Of a stretch of DNA of 64,000 nt, positions 1-14,450 are shown piece after piece. This DNA comes from Octopus vulgaris (lineage: Eukaryota): positions 58,838,001-58,902,000 of the forward strand of contig OX597831.1 of NCBI GenBank assembly GCA_951406725.2, given 5' to 3'. The position numbers were made by a program, and so were the translations under genes. The number at the start of each line of letters is the position of its first letter. Position 1 is the first letter of the stretch. The notes beneath the pieces were generated by a model, which ran no database searches, was not told where the DNA came from, and saw only the letters and a program-made list of their open reading frames with translations.

Positions 1-469
1 ATTTCGGGTCTTTTGCCTAGAGTAGAAAATAATATTTACTTCTCTTTTCATACAAAAACCTTCTTTGTGGCTGATATTTCCAGATATCCTTGTCCATCGA
101 TTAAGGGATTTATTCATCCTTCCTTTACAAGTGCCTTGAATGAAAACTAATTAGACGAAAAGAATAACTGCCGCTATATTCCACAGCTAAAGAAATAATT
201 AAAATGAAAAAGATGGGGAGCAAAATTTTGTTTCACCTCATAATTATTTGTAATTAAAAGTTTCACGTGAATTACATAATCTATGTTAATGACTGAAATC
301 AGAGACGTCCTCAGTCCGCCTTTCATTAAAGGGGCGCCTCTGAGCAATTAATGTCAGTTATTTTTGCTATTTAACTTCTCTGGTTATTGACTTCAGTCGA
401 TTGCTTCTGTGTAAAATTTGCTAGGAAAATGCCATAAAGTTCTTTATGCTTGTGATATATATAGCAATA

Positions 470-1510
470 AAATAGAAAATAAAATACAGAGATACGCACG
501 GTTGTGCTAGTTATTATTTTCTCCAAGCCACCACTGATAGAGAGAATAGATTTTAGTCAGAGGTAGCTTCATTTCTCTCTTTGGGACTGCATTGTTTTAT
601 TTTTAACTGCAGGATATGAGTTGACTGAGACTTAACTCATATGTAATATGTTACATTTATGCTTGTGATCTATATAGCAGCCACAGAAAAACTTAATTTC
701 ATACATTGAGTCAACAATCGAGCTTTTAGATAATAGTTCAACATTAAAAAAAGAAGGAGGAAAACCTGATGGTGTATTGCATACTATCGTCCTAGATATG
801 TGTTTGAAAAATCAGAGGTGGCTGTGACTAAAAGGGTGTAGTGAAGCAACATTGTTGCTGAACTCGCTGGAAAAAAGTGTTAAAATTCTGCAAGGAAACT
901 GACTGGACATTCAAAAGTAATTTCATTAGCAATAAAATAGAATTATCAGTTATTTGACTACAGTTAATTGAACATTCTATTATATTCTGTCTTTGCTAAT
1001 GTGATAATATATGAATATGATGGCGCAGTTAATGGCGGCTGAATCGTGCAAAATTAATACAGCTGTAAACATAAATTTATGGAGGAGTTTGTTGGAGACG
1101 CTGTGTTTTGTTTCTTTTATCAGCGCCAAAGTGCGTTTTAGTCAGTCCAGCGTACGACTGTGAAATATTACACCGAGGCAAGGACGATAAAACGCTGAAA
1201 AGAATCAACTTTAAATTCAAAACGTAAAGGGATGAAATATGGTGTTAGAGATTCCAGTCCAACGGTTTTATAGTTACTGCCTCAAATTTGTTCACAATAA
1301 TTGTTGCACCAAGTGCATGAATAATGAAATAGAAAATAAAATACAGAGATACGCACGATTTTGCTAGTTATAATTTTCTCCAGGCCATCATTGGTGGAGA
1401 GGACAGGTTTTAGTCAGAGGAAGCTTAATTTCTCTCTTCGGGACAGCATTGTTTTATCTTTAACTGCAGGATATGAATTGACTGAGATCTAACTCATATT
1501 TGACATGGTA
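470..1510 (+). repeat. Diverged direct repeat of ~180 bp (copies ~470-651 and ~1327-1510)
   Basis: Both copies begin aaatagaaaataaaatacagagatacgcacg and run through ttttagtcagagg...ttaactgcaggatatga..tgactgaga, with scattered substitutions. Confidence 0.9.
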
Positions 1511-1974
1511 AGTTTAGATCATGTGGTATATACTTCGAAATAAAATGATATTTTTCCGAAGGCTGTTAAACAGAATACGTTTGTCAGTCACAAGAAATTT
1601 CTCTCTAGTTAATATCATGGTGCACCAGTATACAACTGCTTGTTTTAATTTCACGCTAGACACAAGCTTCCCTATAGATATAATTCTAATTATTTCCCTT
1701 AATGGATTGATAAGATGATGTGCTTATAATACTACCTACGAATAAAATTATTGCATGAGAGCTTTATTAAAGCAATTCAACATATACTTAAACACGGCGA
1801 CATATACGGAATCCCACTGCACGTTCAGATACATCCTTATAAAGAACGATATCATCAATCTGGAAGATATTGTAATTATGTGTGTAGAAAATTGCTGCTG
1901 TTGAGTCTATTAAATGGATTTGATTGTTAGGAAATGCTGACTACTGGAAACATTAATGAAATGACATACATGTC

Positions 1975-1975
<1 letters not shown>

Positions 1976-2011
<36 letters not shown>

Positions 2012-2044
2012 TTATATATATATATATATATACATACATACAGT

Positions 2045-2075
<31 letters not shown>

Positions 2076-2086
2076 TATATATACAG

Positions 2087-2122
<36 letters not shown>

Positions 2123-2268
2123 TTCTATGTGTATATATATACTTATTTATATAAATACATATATGTGCGTATGTGTGTATGTGTTCAAATGTGTGCGTTT
2201 GTGTGTGTGCAAATATATGTGTATCTGTGTATGTGTGTGTGTGTGAGTGTGTGTGTGTGTGTGTCTGT

Positions 2269-2307
<39 letters not shown>

Positions 2308-2312
2308 TGTGT
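1976..2312. repeat. Compound (TA)n/(TG)n microsatellite
   Basis: Directly visible; accounts for ORF 1934..2365. Confidence 0.95.
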
Positions 2313-2319
2313 ATGAGTA

Positions 2320-2960
2320 TGGTGATTGCAAATTCTTTGCAGAAGAAGGCCGTCTCTTCATCTAGTAGAAATTCAGGTTGAAAAGTGTCTGAAATTCAAG
2401 TTAAGTCGTCTTTTACGAAGTTTCGAGATGGATTGTTCAATTCACCGTGTTCCAACAGCTTTAGAACCATAACAGATCACTTCTTTCCAAACCGTCCGAT
2501 ATTCCGTCAAACGCTCCCAGTTTTCAACATTCCCACTGAGGGACTTTCTATTGTTTTTGACGGTTTCGCTAAAACGTTTCATAGGTTCATATGTTTCATA
2601 GGTTCATATTTTTCACGTTGCTTAGACAGCCTGTCACTCTGCATCCTACTAAGGTACTGAACCCAACACATCTGATTGCATATTCTATTGTTAGAGCTTT
2701 TCGTTTGATGTTTAGGTTTCTCCTTAGATACGGTTCATGATATATTTTCAGGGCCTTGATGTGACAACTATATGGATTTTAAGTCGCAAAAGACTATAAA
2801 AGAGGAATTAATGCGCATTGTCCTTAGTCGTTGAACCTGTTTTTGATGGTGATACCTCTTTCAAACCACACACGATTCTTGAGCCTTCCAAATGCTTTGC
2901 TAGTTTTTTCGTTCTTCAGATTTATTTCAAAATCACAGGAGCCATCTCTAGAGTGATAAT
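2320..2960 (-). mobile_element. Decayed RTE-clade (BovB-like) LINE, 3' part of ORF
   Basis: Minus-strand translation gives KAFGRLKNRVWFERGITIK ... HIKALKIYHEPYLRRNLNIK ... SRMQSDRLSKQ ... KRFSETVKNN...ENWERLTEYRTVWK, matching the RTE C-terminal region, with stops and frameshifts. Confidence 0.8.
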
Positions 2961-4092
2961 GTAGGGCTTTCTGCTCTCACTATTTCAGTAACCTCACATA
3001 TTCTTTCTGTCGACATTGTTTCAAAGATATATCAGCATGTTCTGGATTAGTTACAAACGTAACCAAACCCAGTCCCACAAAAGTGGTAATTTGATTGATA
3101 GAACAGGTTATAAGTTATTGCATGCTTTTAGTTAGTAATAATAACCAAAAGCATTCGGACTATATCATCTAGGTTAATATCACTTCATTTCGCTATACAG
3201 TTTCAACTGAGCGGTGAGCAATTCAAAGGCAGTTTCGCTGATATTTCTAGCATGTCATATGCCCTTGCAAAGGCTCTCTTATTGGCTTATTACAGTTATT
3301 ATTACGTTATTACAGCTGAATTGACATTCATATACATAGTATTATCAGTAGCACGATGTGTTTGTCAATGGCCTAAACATTTTCAAAGCTGTCTAGAAGT
3401 ACTGACTGGGCGTGTGTGTGCAATTGGGTGTATTTTAGTTTAAAAAAATTATCAACTGCAAATGGTGGCGATTGATAGCTTGTCTGAAGCACTTCGCTGA
3501 GTTATCAGTAAGCTGCCTTGCAAATATCTCTCTTGTTTTCATTGGAAAAACGTACAATGTATAAAGTAAAAGTCAAGGATATATTTTCGCTAAGTTAGGT
3601 TCCTTTGTTGATTATAAGTTGCACTGTGAGGATAACTGTGGTTCACTGTATTTTTTAGATCCACGAAATCGTGGATAACACCACCGTGTAAGTGCCATGT
3701 ATACGTGTAATTAAAAGAAATGAGAGAGTGAGTATAATTATGTTCAGGAATGATTCATGAAATTGCAATTTCGAAGCACTATTATGTGTTAGGAAACAAT
3801 TCCAGTGTATTACCAATGAAGATCTTAAAATTAGCATGAGTACCATATCACTTTTTGTAAGGCGTCTAATGTTTTAAAGTGCTTAAGAAAATACGCTTAG
3901 GTATGGGATTGTGCATTTAGTTATACTTTATATATTTTGTCCTAATAGTAGTAAATATAAGGGCAATGGCAGATATTTTTGAATAATATTTACATAGGTG
4001 AAGTTGATAAAAAAAGGTTGTTGAGGGAAGTTTCATATATCAACTAGTGGGTATTTATTTGGAATTTGTTATTAAAGAATAATGGCATATAA

Positions 4093-5152
4093 CAAGGTGC
4101 ATTGCAGAAGTTTTGAAACTTCTTTCAGGTGCAATATTTATCAATTTCAAATAAATAAATAAATAAAACCCCTAACATTAATCTCCTTCGAAGTAGGATC
4201 CTCGGATTTTCATACATTATTGTGTCCCTCCAACAACTTTGTGAAGGCTCCCTGGAATTCTTCCAAAGTGAAGTTCTCCAGGAACCTTGCCATAACCTAC
4301 CTCATCTTCTCAAAGTCTTCAAAACGAAAGATCTTGAGGTTCTCTTTCAGCTTAAGGAAAAAAATCAAGTGTCGCGGGAAGTAAGGTGGGGACTGTGGTG
4401 TGGTTAGGAACAATTTCGATGCATATCTATTTCAAGTAGTTCGTCACCAGTATGGATTTCTGGTCTGGTACATTGCCCCGTTGCAGGGGCCACCGACTTG
4501 ATTGGAAACTATTTAGCGTTTTGCGATGAAATCACTTCCTAAACTCTTTCAAAACCTCTACAAAATAAGCTTTGCAACCTGTCTGGCCAAAGGAAAACCA
4601 GTTGATGTAGACGATGCTCTCGCTGTCGAAAATTGTATCTTGGCCATCCTAGTGGGTTTGCTTTGCCTTACCTTCGTGGTCAAATCTGTATGCTTATCGT
4701 GTCTATACATAGATGCTGGTCTTTATCTACAGATCTGCGAATTTTCTGAACCGGTTCTAATATGCTGACGTTTTTCTCCTCCTCACACCTCTCATCGTCC
4801 CTCACACCACAAAAACTCTTATCCCAGCAAAAAACAGTTGTCTTTAATGTATAGGCAGTTTGAAACCTTTCATAAATTTCTGTTCAAAACAGAAAAGTTT
4901 TCCATAGCAAACTTCCAAATTGTCTTCACGACATGACCGCTTTTTGCAAACTAGTCAACTGTGTTTAGTAGAGAGTGTTATAATTATTGTAACAGTCGTT
5001 TTCTTCAATCTGGAATAAAAACAAATCAGGCAGTTCTGCTTACTAGATGTCTAATAATGTACAATAATGGTATATTAAGATTAGAACAATCCAAGGCATG
5101 TATAATTGCCTATCCTAAAAAAATAGGGTGATATCTTCTGAAATTCCCCTCG
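4093..5152 (-). mobile_element. Decayed mariner (DD34D) DNA transposon
   Basis: Minus-strand translation IVYINWFSFGQTGCKAYFVEVLKEFRK*FHRK...KSILVTNYLK*ICIEIVP...KLKENLKIFRFEDFEKM...GSYFEGD*; degenerate TIRs caaggtgcattgcagaag (4093) and rc cgaggggaatttcagaag (ending 5152). Confidence 0.9.
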
Positions 5153-5431
5153 TGTCATTTATTACGGAAATATATTCAAAGCATTTTGCCACGAATATTA
5201 TTATAATACGTAAAATAAATTTAATTATTTATAAAGTAACATTTCTGCAATCTACGAAATATATCTCTTTGCGTCGGTAATGAAATAATTCAAAGTAAAG
5301 ATAACAGGTAAATGTAATGTATATGAATGATGCGTTTACTTTTAATGTATATGTTGGAAATTCGTGTAGAATTAATTCTGCGAACAAAGAGGTAATTCTT
5401 ATATGAGATAATTTATTTCCTAACATATACG

Positions 5432-5505
<74 letters not shown>

Positions 5506-6606
5506 AGTGTGTGTGTAAACACACACATATATATATATATAATATGTGCCAACACATACACACATATATTTATACATATAGACAAAAGTATACGCAGATT
5601 CTTATACTAATACATAGATAATTGGAGAGAATGTAAATTGAAATAAATGTATAAGAAATATGTGCGTATGAAAATGCAAAGAATGGGGAAAAATATAATC
5701 GGAAAAATTACTAAACCTCCTGCAAAATAACTTGTAGGAGATAAGCAAGTATTTTGTATAGACGTAAATTTAAAAAAATGTAAAATGTATAATGTGTACG
5801 TAAAGTTAGGTAATGATATGATAGCGGATAGAATAAAAAAACATCAGTAATAAAGTTTAAAAACAGAAATCTTCAAATGTAATACAAGAGTATAATAGGT
5901 TTAACCAGTAAAATATAATTTAGCTAAATGGAAGCTTGTAATGCCTATAAATGAAATACACATTACGCGGTAAATCATGGGACTAGAACACAGGGTCGCT
6001 TCAGTGAGTAGGATACTAAAACAATTATGTCGAAAGTCATAGAAACTACAATGTGATATTGTATATTATGCTGTGTAAAGAGTTCGAGATGACTACATAT
6101 TTATATATTTCATTTTTGGTAAGAGTGACTTTCTGAGAGTTTGTTGCGTTTAAGACCTTTAGTAAAACTGACTTTTAATTTCTTAGCGATAAGGGCATTT
6201 CAAGGTCATTTAAAAAAATTTTTTGTGTTTCTTTGATACTGTGTTATATTATGAAACAGACATCCCGAATCTTTACTTCTGAGATTTCGAAACATACGCG
6301 TGTGATTTGAAACAGAATGTAAAATTATTGGGAGTGGAGTTGACAAATAACTTAGATGAGTGATTGGATTATTCAATCTATTTTTCTTTTGCAGATTCGA
6401 TAATTGAAATATAAGGAGTAAATGCCATTAGGATTTTTAGTTATTTCATTAATGGTAATATGACTCAATTTTGGAAAATGGGGTGAAATAAAGATCTAAG
6501 GAGTGTTTCAAATCAAGAAAGAAGCAATATCTGTAGTGTACTTTAAGAGTTTACGCGCGCACACACACATACACACAGATGTGTGTGTGTGTTTGTGTGT
6601 GCGTGT

Positions 6607-6675
6607 GTGAAGGTGCGTGGCCTAGTGGTGGGGCTGGTACACTCATGATCGCTAGATCGTGGGTTTAATTCCATG
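6607..6675 (+). mobile_element. tRNA-derived SINE head (truncated)
   Basis: A-box-like tggcctagtggt and B-box-like gggtttaattcc; resembles the head of the SINE at 20643-20988. Confidence 0.6.
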
Positions 6676-6734
6676 GCTAAATATCATTTTTGTCGGTGTT
6701 GCCTCCTTAAACTGAATTTAAATTTAGGCAAGTT

Positions 6735-6912
6735 CTGGGGAGCGTGACGGACGATCACATCGGCCCCAGTACTCGAATGGTACTTATTTTGTTGATCCCG
6801 AAAGGATGAAAGATGAAGCCGACTTCGGTGGAATTTGAACACAGAACGTAAGGTAGACGAAATGCTGCTAAATGTATTACACGGCGTGCTAACGATTCTG
6901 CCAGCGCACCCC
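6735..6912 (-). mobile_element. Nin/Deu-domain-type SINE
   Basis: rc reads gcgctggcagaatcgttagcacgccg...gttctgtgttcaaattccaccgaagtcggcttcatctttcatcctttcgggatcaacaaaataagtacc; same family as 36080, 40350, 54020 and 58042. Confidence 0.8.
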
Positions 6913-8281
6913 TGAAATTCAATGGACGATGAGGCAAACACTGGTGTTTCGGTTACTATTCTATGCCTTAGAGATGAGATACTGCTACTATACTGAGCAG
7001 ATTCTTTGAAGCACTTCAAAATAAATATCTTCACTATAAAGGACAGATATATCAGTAAAGCAGTTGTGTTTATTGAAAGATAAGAGAATCTTAATTTTAA
7101 CACTATTGTTATGTAAATTATGGGTATAAATTCTAGTGAAGTATGCGATACAAGTAATACAAATGGGTTGTTAGGTTAAATATAAGGACTAGATGTAATA
7201 ATACTTGATCAGATTTTCAACATAAAACATGACGGAAAAGATTCTTTTCTTTGAGACTGAATCACTTTGTCTCATTTGACAGCGTGACCTCGAACTCCTG
7301 TGCGTGGGTTTGTTTGCGTCTGTTTCCGTGTGTGTCTGTGTCTGTACATGTATGTACGTTGTTCGCGCGCGCACATGTGCTCGTGTGTATGAAATTCCAT
7401 TATGTAAATTCAAGTGACATTTTTTTTGTTTTCAACTATTTTTCGCCCCGCCTCCTACGCTTCACATCTGCTACCATCAATTACTTCCTCTTCCTTTGTC
7501 GTTTCAACTTCCCACAGACCAGAGTGACGTCGGAGAGAAACACACTTGTAACTTACTATATTTGATGCTATGTATACATTCTTCGCATACATAATCTTCC
7601 TTTCTACCTTTCCTTCAAATTTGTATATTCTGAAACCTACTTCAAACCTGTCGGTTCAAGACATCTTTGTCTTTCAGATGAAGGTACGGCATCAAAATGT
7701 CAGATTGCTTTTCTTCATCTTAATACAGAAGTCTACTGAAATACACAAACATCAATGTACATTTCTCACAGACGTAAAGGATCTTAAGACTCTCTTTTAA
7801 CATGAATACATAGATGGTAATATTACTCATATATTATTGTACGTTTTTATTTGTGTTCTACAGTGCTATTAGCTCTGAAAAGTGCGTACCGAAACGACAT
7901 TTCTCAGCAATCTTTTTACAGTTTACAAAGGATGTAATTGTCTTGTAGCATTTTAGATTCTTGACATGTCTTGGTGTCGATACCAAAACCTTCTCACAAA
8001 ATGCTGCCTAATTCAGGATATAAAATTATTTAAGCAGCCTATCTTCAGAGTTATTGCATTAAAAACATGCTTATACGTATCTTATTTAGAACTTTTCTAT
8101 TGCTCGAGTAAGTCGAGATTTAGTAACGGCTTTCTAGAGCAAAAGGCAAAGATAATGGGAAGAAATTATTTGGGGACTTTATTTAAAGTATATTCTTTAT
8201 TTACAATCGCTGCAAGCAAGTACATACACCTACACAGACGCACACACACGAACGCACACATACACCCCCCAAAAAACACAT

Positions 8282-8335
<54 letters not shown>

Positions 8336-8416
8336 GCATGTATATGAATGAATGCTCGTCCGTCGTTATCGGCGATGAACGATAACATTGCATGGAAGAA
8401 GAGTCACAGTATGTAG

Positions 8417-8655
<239 letters not shown>

Positions 8656-10250
8656 ATTTCTAATGTATTTTTCGAATACCTTAGAAATGAAAACGCAGGT
8701 TCGAAATTTGCCCAAGACACCTGATAAAAGTTGGATGGTATATCAACCTAAAGGTTAACAATAAACAAGATGAGGACAAATATCCGTCATATGTAAATAA
8801 TGTACATAATTTATAGAATCATATATATATATATATATATATGGAGAGAGAGAGAGAGAGAGAATATTGTTGACAGTGGCTTCCTGTAAATGGCTAGGGT
8901 GACCAAAACTTTGAAGTCACTATCAACATCATTCTTGTATTAGAATAATAAATTTGTACTCTACAAAAGTATAGAGTAACCCATAATATTAATGTAAAAT
9001 TGTCTTTATTGCAACCAAGCATAAAAGCAATCATTTATGTATATGCAACTTCATTAGAAATAGCCCTGCCGCATAGAGTATGCTTAGCAAGCTTCTCGAC
9101 TCAGACTCTATGCATGAAACCTCATATTCTGGAGTTATATTATTATAATTTTATTCTGTCATTTGATTCTCTTTACAGACTTATATAATTGGTGGGAGAG
9201 GAAATATATCATATTCGACCAACTAGAGTTTCTTTTATCCTATGCTTTCCTGTTTATGTATAGGATCTCATCAACTTCAATGAATTTGTCCTCGTTAGGT
9301 TAATAATTTTAATTAGATATTGCTTTCTTATCATCCCTTTAGTGTGGTTTCTCCGAACCTAAGTATATATTACCTGATGTATTTTGCACAACATAATTTT
9401 TTAGCGATTCTAAATGGATTTTGCTAGGTTTCCATTGTGTATGTTAATGAGTTATAACTCTATATCAAGCTTGATTTAGCAAACTTCTGGTCAAATATCG
9501 TGCAGTCACGAACACCCTATGTTTGACTGTATAGATATATCCAGAATTAAATCAACAAGTATATTCTTTCCATATCAAGATGTTAAGGACTGTTTAAATA
9601 AAGAACTGGTTGTTATTTCTAACAAAATCATTAGCTAATGGTTGCAAATTCTCTAGAGCAGTTAAACTATCATAATAAATACAGTTTGGAAATATTATCG
9701 TAAATGAAGTTGGATTGAGTTTTCATTCCTCAAAGTTCATTGCATTTACTTTATTCGAAGTATTCCAAACATTCTTTTCCTCAATATTTTTAAAATTAAA
9801 TTCGAGCATATAGCGTTTGATGTTACAGATTTTATGCACACTGAGAATTTTCCCAGTTTACCTATATCTTTGTCTGAAAACTCCGCAATGCTTAGCAAAA
9901 TCTATGTGGTTGTAAATAACTTTTTCTCAGTTAGCTTGACTTAACAAAAAAAAAATTATTTATTTGTTTATTTAGCAATGATTAGTATTACATTTAATTC
10001 TATCTCCTTTAAATTTAATCTCTAAAATAATATCTATTTCTTTTTTAACTTTCTTTCTCTAACAAACTCTATCATAAGTTCGAAGCCAGAAGCTATGGTT
10101 ATTCATTTACAGATAGCATTATTTTTCTAATTTGGTTGTTTTTTAAAAAATGTTTCAGATTCTATCAAAGTTATTCATTATTCGCACGACGTACGTTCTA
10201 TTTCTTTACCTAAATGCCTACTATCTAATAGAAAGTGGTATATTCTTTGC

Positions 10251-10339
10251 ATCATCATCCTCATCATTGTCATCATCCTCATCATCGTCATCCTCTTCCT
10301 CCTCCTCCTCCTCATCATCATCATCATCATAATCATCAC

Positions 10340-10391
<52 letters not shown>
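10251..10391. repeat. Compound (CAT)n/(TCC)n/(TAT)n trinucleotide microsatellite
   Basis: Directly visible; the (TAA)n part abuts the 3' end of the adjacent LINE. Confidence 0.95.
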
Positions 10392-10393
<2 letters not shown>

Positions 10394-13300
10394 ATGGAAT
10401 CTCGCAGCTTATTTTGCTGAGTATGATGGATAGTGTCACCTGTCCACAGCCAGCAGACTAAGGCGACACTTGTTTACTGGTCATGCTTCAAGACCCCTGC
10501 GAAGAATTCTTGCAGTTCCAAGCAATGCTGATATTTGTAAGTATTCTACCTTCTCACACTTGCACCGATCTTTTTCAGTCATATTGGTAGTTGAGTGCTG
10601 ATACTTTCAAGTGCACCAATTACTATTGATATCACGTCTATTCTCCTCATTGACCACAACCTTCGTATTTCCCACTTTAAATCATCATAGTTGTTTATTT
10701 TTCCTCTTCTTTCACATTGATTCTGTTGACATCAGGGCATGCTACGTCCATTATCATACATGTTCTTTCTTTTTATTCACCACATCAATGCCCCGGTTCC
10801 GATGTATGGTCAGGTAATCGCTCTGGATTAGTACATCCCACAAAAGTTTGCAATTCTCATTCTTGGTGACTCCTTCTGGGGTTTGCTCATACCACGTCTT
10901 TGCTCTTTGTAGGTCGTGATTTCCACAGAGTTCCCAATGGATCATTGTCATAGCGTCGTTTGTGCCAGTTTCTCAATCCAACTTCATTTACGATAATATT
11001 TCCAAACTGTATTTATTATGATAGTTTAACTGCTCTAGAGAAATTTCACGCCTCTCACCACACATTCTGCATTCGTCGCTATCGGTAGAGTTGTCTATTC
11101 TGCACTTCATATAATTGGTCCTTAACACTTATTCCTAAGCTGCGCATATGGGTGATTCTGTCTCTATCTTCAGGTCACTCTTCCTCATCCGTAGTCACCA
11201 GTCCTCTGTATCTGTCTTGGCATTCACAGCTCTTGGGAATCTGATCATACATTTTCTTTTCCTTACATGCTTTTCCTAATTTTTTGGTTCCTTGTTTGTT
11301 TAATTTTTTCTTTACTTAAACAACATTCAGTTTTGATTACGCTGGCCTTCGTGTTTCAACAGAGGCTCCACGACATTTTTATATACCACCTTAGGCTGCT
11401 TTCTTCTGCTTCAATACAGTCCTGGCAACTGATCAAACCTCTCCTACCCTTTCCTCTGGACAAATACAAATAGGCTACGTGTACTGTCAATAATTTTCTG
11501 GTCTTGTTATCCATTTCCTTCATCTCTCTCTGAAGCGATGATACCATATACTTATTTTCTGCTTGGATTTTATTCCAATTTTGAGCGCAACACCAGTCCC
11601 AGACTTCCGAAATACCCGATCTTCAGTTGCTTTTTCACTTCCTTTTACATTATTTCATTGAACTCTAGTACCCCAAGGTATTTGTATCCTCCAGTTTCAA
11701 TTTGCTTAATCAAGTCTCTGTTTGGTAATTCTATCCCTGGTAGGAACTTACCTTGCCTCTTTTCATGAAGATTATTCCACACTTCTTGAGTTCAAATTCC
11801 ATTCTAATACCAGTATTAAAATAGTGGGCAGTGTTCACCAAGAAACTCACTTTTGTCTCACCTGGGCAATACAGTTTCAAATCATCCATAAAGAGGACGT
11901 TCTTGATTGTTTGGGATTTTTCTTTAGTTGGTACCCCAGGTTCATTTTTCTGTTTATCAAGGTGAGGTGTATGCTGCAGAAAACGAAAAGCCACGGAGAT
12001 AGGCTGTCACCCTGGAAAATTCCTCTTCTGATACCGAGGGTGTCCAACCTTTTTTTCCGTAAGATATCAGTTCAATTTCACATCTCACCATACTTCTCGT
12101 CAGGAAGCACGTTACATTCCTTGCTATTCCAAACAGATCCAGGCTCTCGATGGTCCGCGAATGTGGAATCGTATCATAAGATTTGCGTTAGTCAATCCAG
12201 GCCATTCCCAGATTTGTTCTCTTTCGTTTACAATCTTGCATTACCATTTTGTCTAACAATAGTTGATATGTGGTACCTCTGCATCTACTTCTACAGCCTT
12301 TTTTCCGGCGGTAATCTAGCGTTCTCAAGAAATTTATAGTGTTATTCTAAAATTCCTCCTGGCAGTAACTTCCATATTAACGGGGGGCAGGTTATTTGTC
12401 TGTAAATGTCAGCAGCATTTCCCTTTGATGTATCCTTCAGGCACAACATGGTTCGTCCTTTTGCCAACTAGGTCGTGATTTCTTCTCCATTTCTCAGTGC
12501 ATTACATTGGTCTGCGATCAATTTATGACAACTACTAGACTTTGTTTTATCCAAAATCCCTGTACACCATCTCACCCTGCTGCTTTCCAAATGCTTATCT
12601 TTATGCTCATATTTCTGATACTGTGTACTGTCAAGTGGATAAGAAGCTGTTTTCTTCAGGTTACTGTGCCATTCAACTTTAGTATTATGTTGCTCTTGCT
12701 TACTTCATAAAAACTTCATAAAAGCTTACTTCAGAAAAGTCGACTTTCATCAGCATGAGAGACTAATCTTTTACGTTGTATATCGTCAGTAATCTCTTGT
12801 TGGTAAAATATTTTTGGTCGGTTCTAAGCAATTTTATTTTGATGTTGATGCTTAATCTGTTGTTCAAACCTAGCTAGCTCAGCGTTTTGCATGTATGCGC
12901 TGCTTCGGTTCTTCATTTACAACATTCAGGCCTTTTGTATCTACACCACACTTCTTGCTAACTGTTTGGAATTTCTATTCATTTTTAAGGTCTCCATTTC
13001 TTTTCCTGACACGTATTGACACTACGCTGATCAAGGAGTTTGTATCTTCATAAATTCGCCTTTTCCACCACAGTTGTTTATTTTCTTTTCTATCCATCGC
13101 TGATCTATTCTCAGTGGTTCTCAATTCCATCCTTTCCATCTCACTCCTACTAGCAGCCTTGATAAGATTATTTGTTTCTGTGATGTTCTTTGTTTCGATG
13201 TGCCTCAGTACTATATTAATTTTATTTGTTGGTTTAGTCTCCATTCGTTAGCCTTCTTACAGGTGCACAGAAATTCTCTCCCTTCTGTATTTAATACATC

Positions 13301-13600
13301 CAAAATTCTGTCCATATTAACAGATCTTCATAGTAGTCACTGATCTCAATTCTTTCACATTTCACGGTATTGCATTCTTGCGAACAATTGTCCATCTCTT
13401 CCGCTAAACCCCTTTCCTTTTTCGCATGCCCAGCCTCAACCGATATCCTCTTAATGGCTCTAGCTCTAATTCTTTTAACCATCCATTCTTTCGTATTGCC
13501 ATATTCGCATCCATTGGAGTGCCCCGTAACTATCAGTGGAATAATTGTTACCTGTATTGTCCACAATAAGTTTTTTTTCTAGTGGACAGATCCTATTATA
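10392..13600 (-). mobile_element. Decayed R4/Dong-like RLE non-LTR retrotransposon
   Basis: Minus-strand motifs [67 protein letters not shown]; the 3' end joins a (TAA)n tract, the known Dong target; many stops and frameshifts. Confidence 0.9.
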
Positions 13601-13949
13601 TCTCAAATATTGTGATATTCACTCTACAATCACACTGTATTCTAAATTTGTAAACGTATAGTGATTTTTCTCTTCTCTACGATTTTGTGAGTTATTCTTG
13701 CTTGAAAAAGTATCGCCAGTCTTTATAAAGAAAACGCTTAAAATTCTATAATTGTCATTTTGCATTGCAGTCTTTCGTTTGTATTAACAACGTTTCTATA
13801 ACTTTGAATTCACAAGGTTGCTTTAATTACTGCACACTTTTACACATGAACACATCATACAAAACCATACATAGACTACTCCCCTTTTGTCCGCTTCTAG
13901 GAGTGAATACATTCCCATACTTGACCATATATATTTGATATCCTCCCCA

Positions 13950-14450
13950 CCCATGAAATTGCCCTTTGTCTGAATCGTAAAGTGCAATCTTTATTTTCCT
14001 CCCACTTTCTCATTGACTGTCGCTATGGTTTTCTCTTTCCCCTCACGGTGGATTAACATCCGGAGACACCTTTTCTTTTCATAAAATCGTTAAGCATGGA
14101 TAAACACGACAGCAACTTTAATAAATAACGTTTTTCCTACAAGGTAAATATTATTCAACAGTTCTACACCAATCTCACAAATTCTAAATTAACAGAGACT
14201 ATATAAAGCCAAAGTGAACTCAAATGTACTGAATACTTTGATGGATTAGCTAACGGGAACTTCGAAATCACAGCACCGTAAATACTATTCACGTTAAAGT
14301 GTTATACAAAGCAACTTTAACTTCAAACAATTTGAACTCAAACCAGCAAAACAAACGATTGAAAAGCCTCCTTCATGCACTTCGATAGAAATTGTAAAAA
14401 AGATCTTGTTTTTTTATTTTTCTCTTTCTTCTCTTACACTTTCTGAAACC
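13950..14450 (+). mobile_element. Probable highly decayed Penelope-like GIY-YIG region
   Basis: Broken translation YKAKVNSN ... YFDGLANGNF resembles the PLE GIY-YIG motif IYKA...YIGLTEGTFK. Confidence 0.35.
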
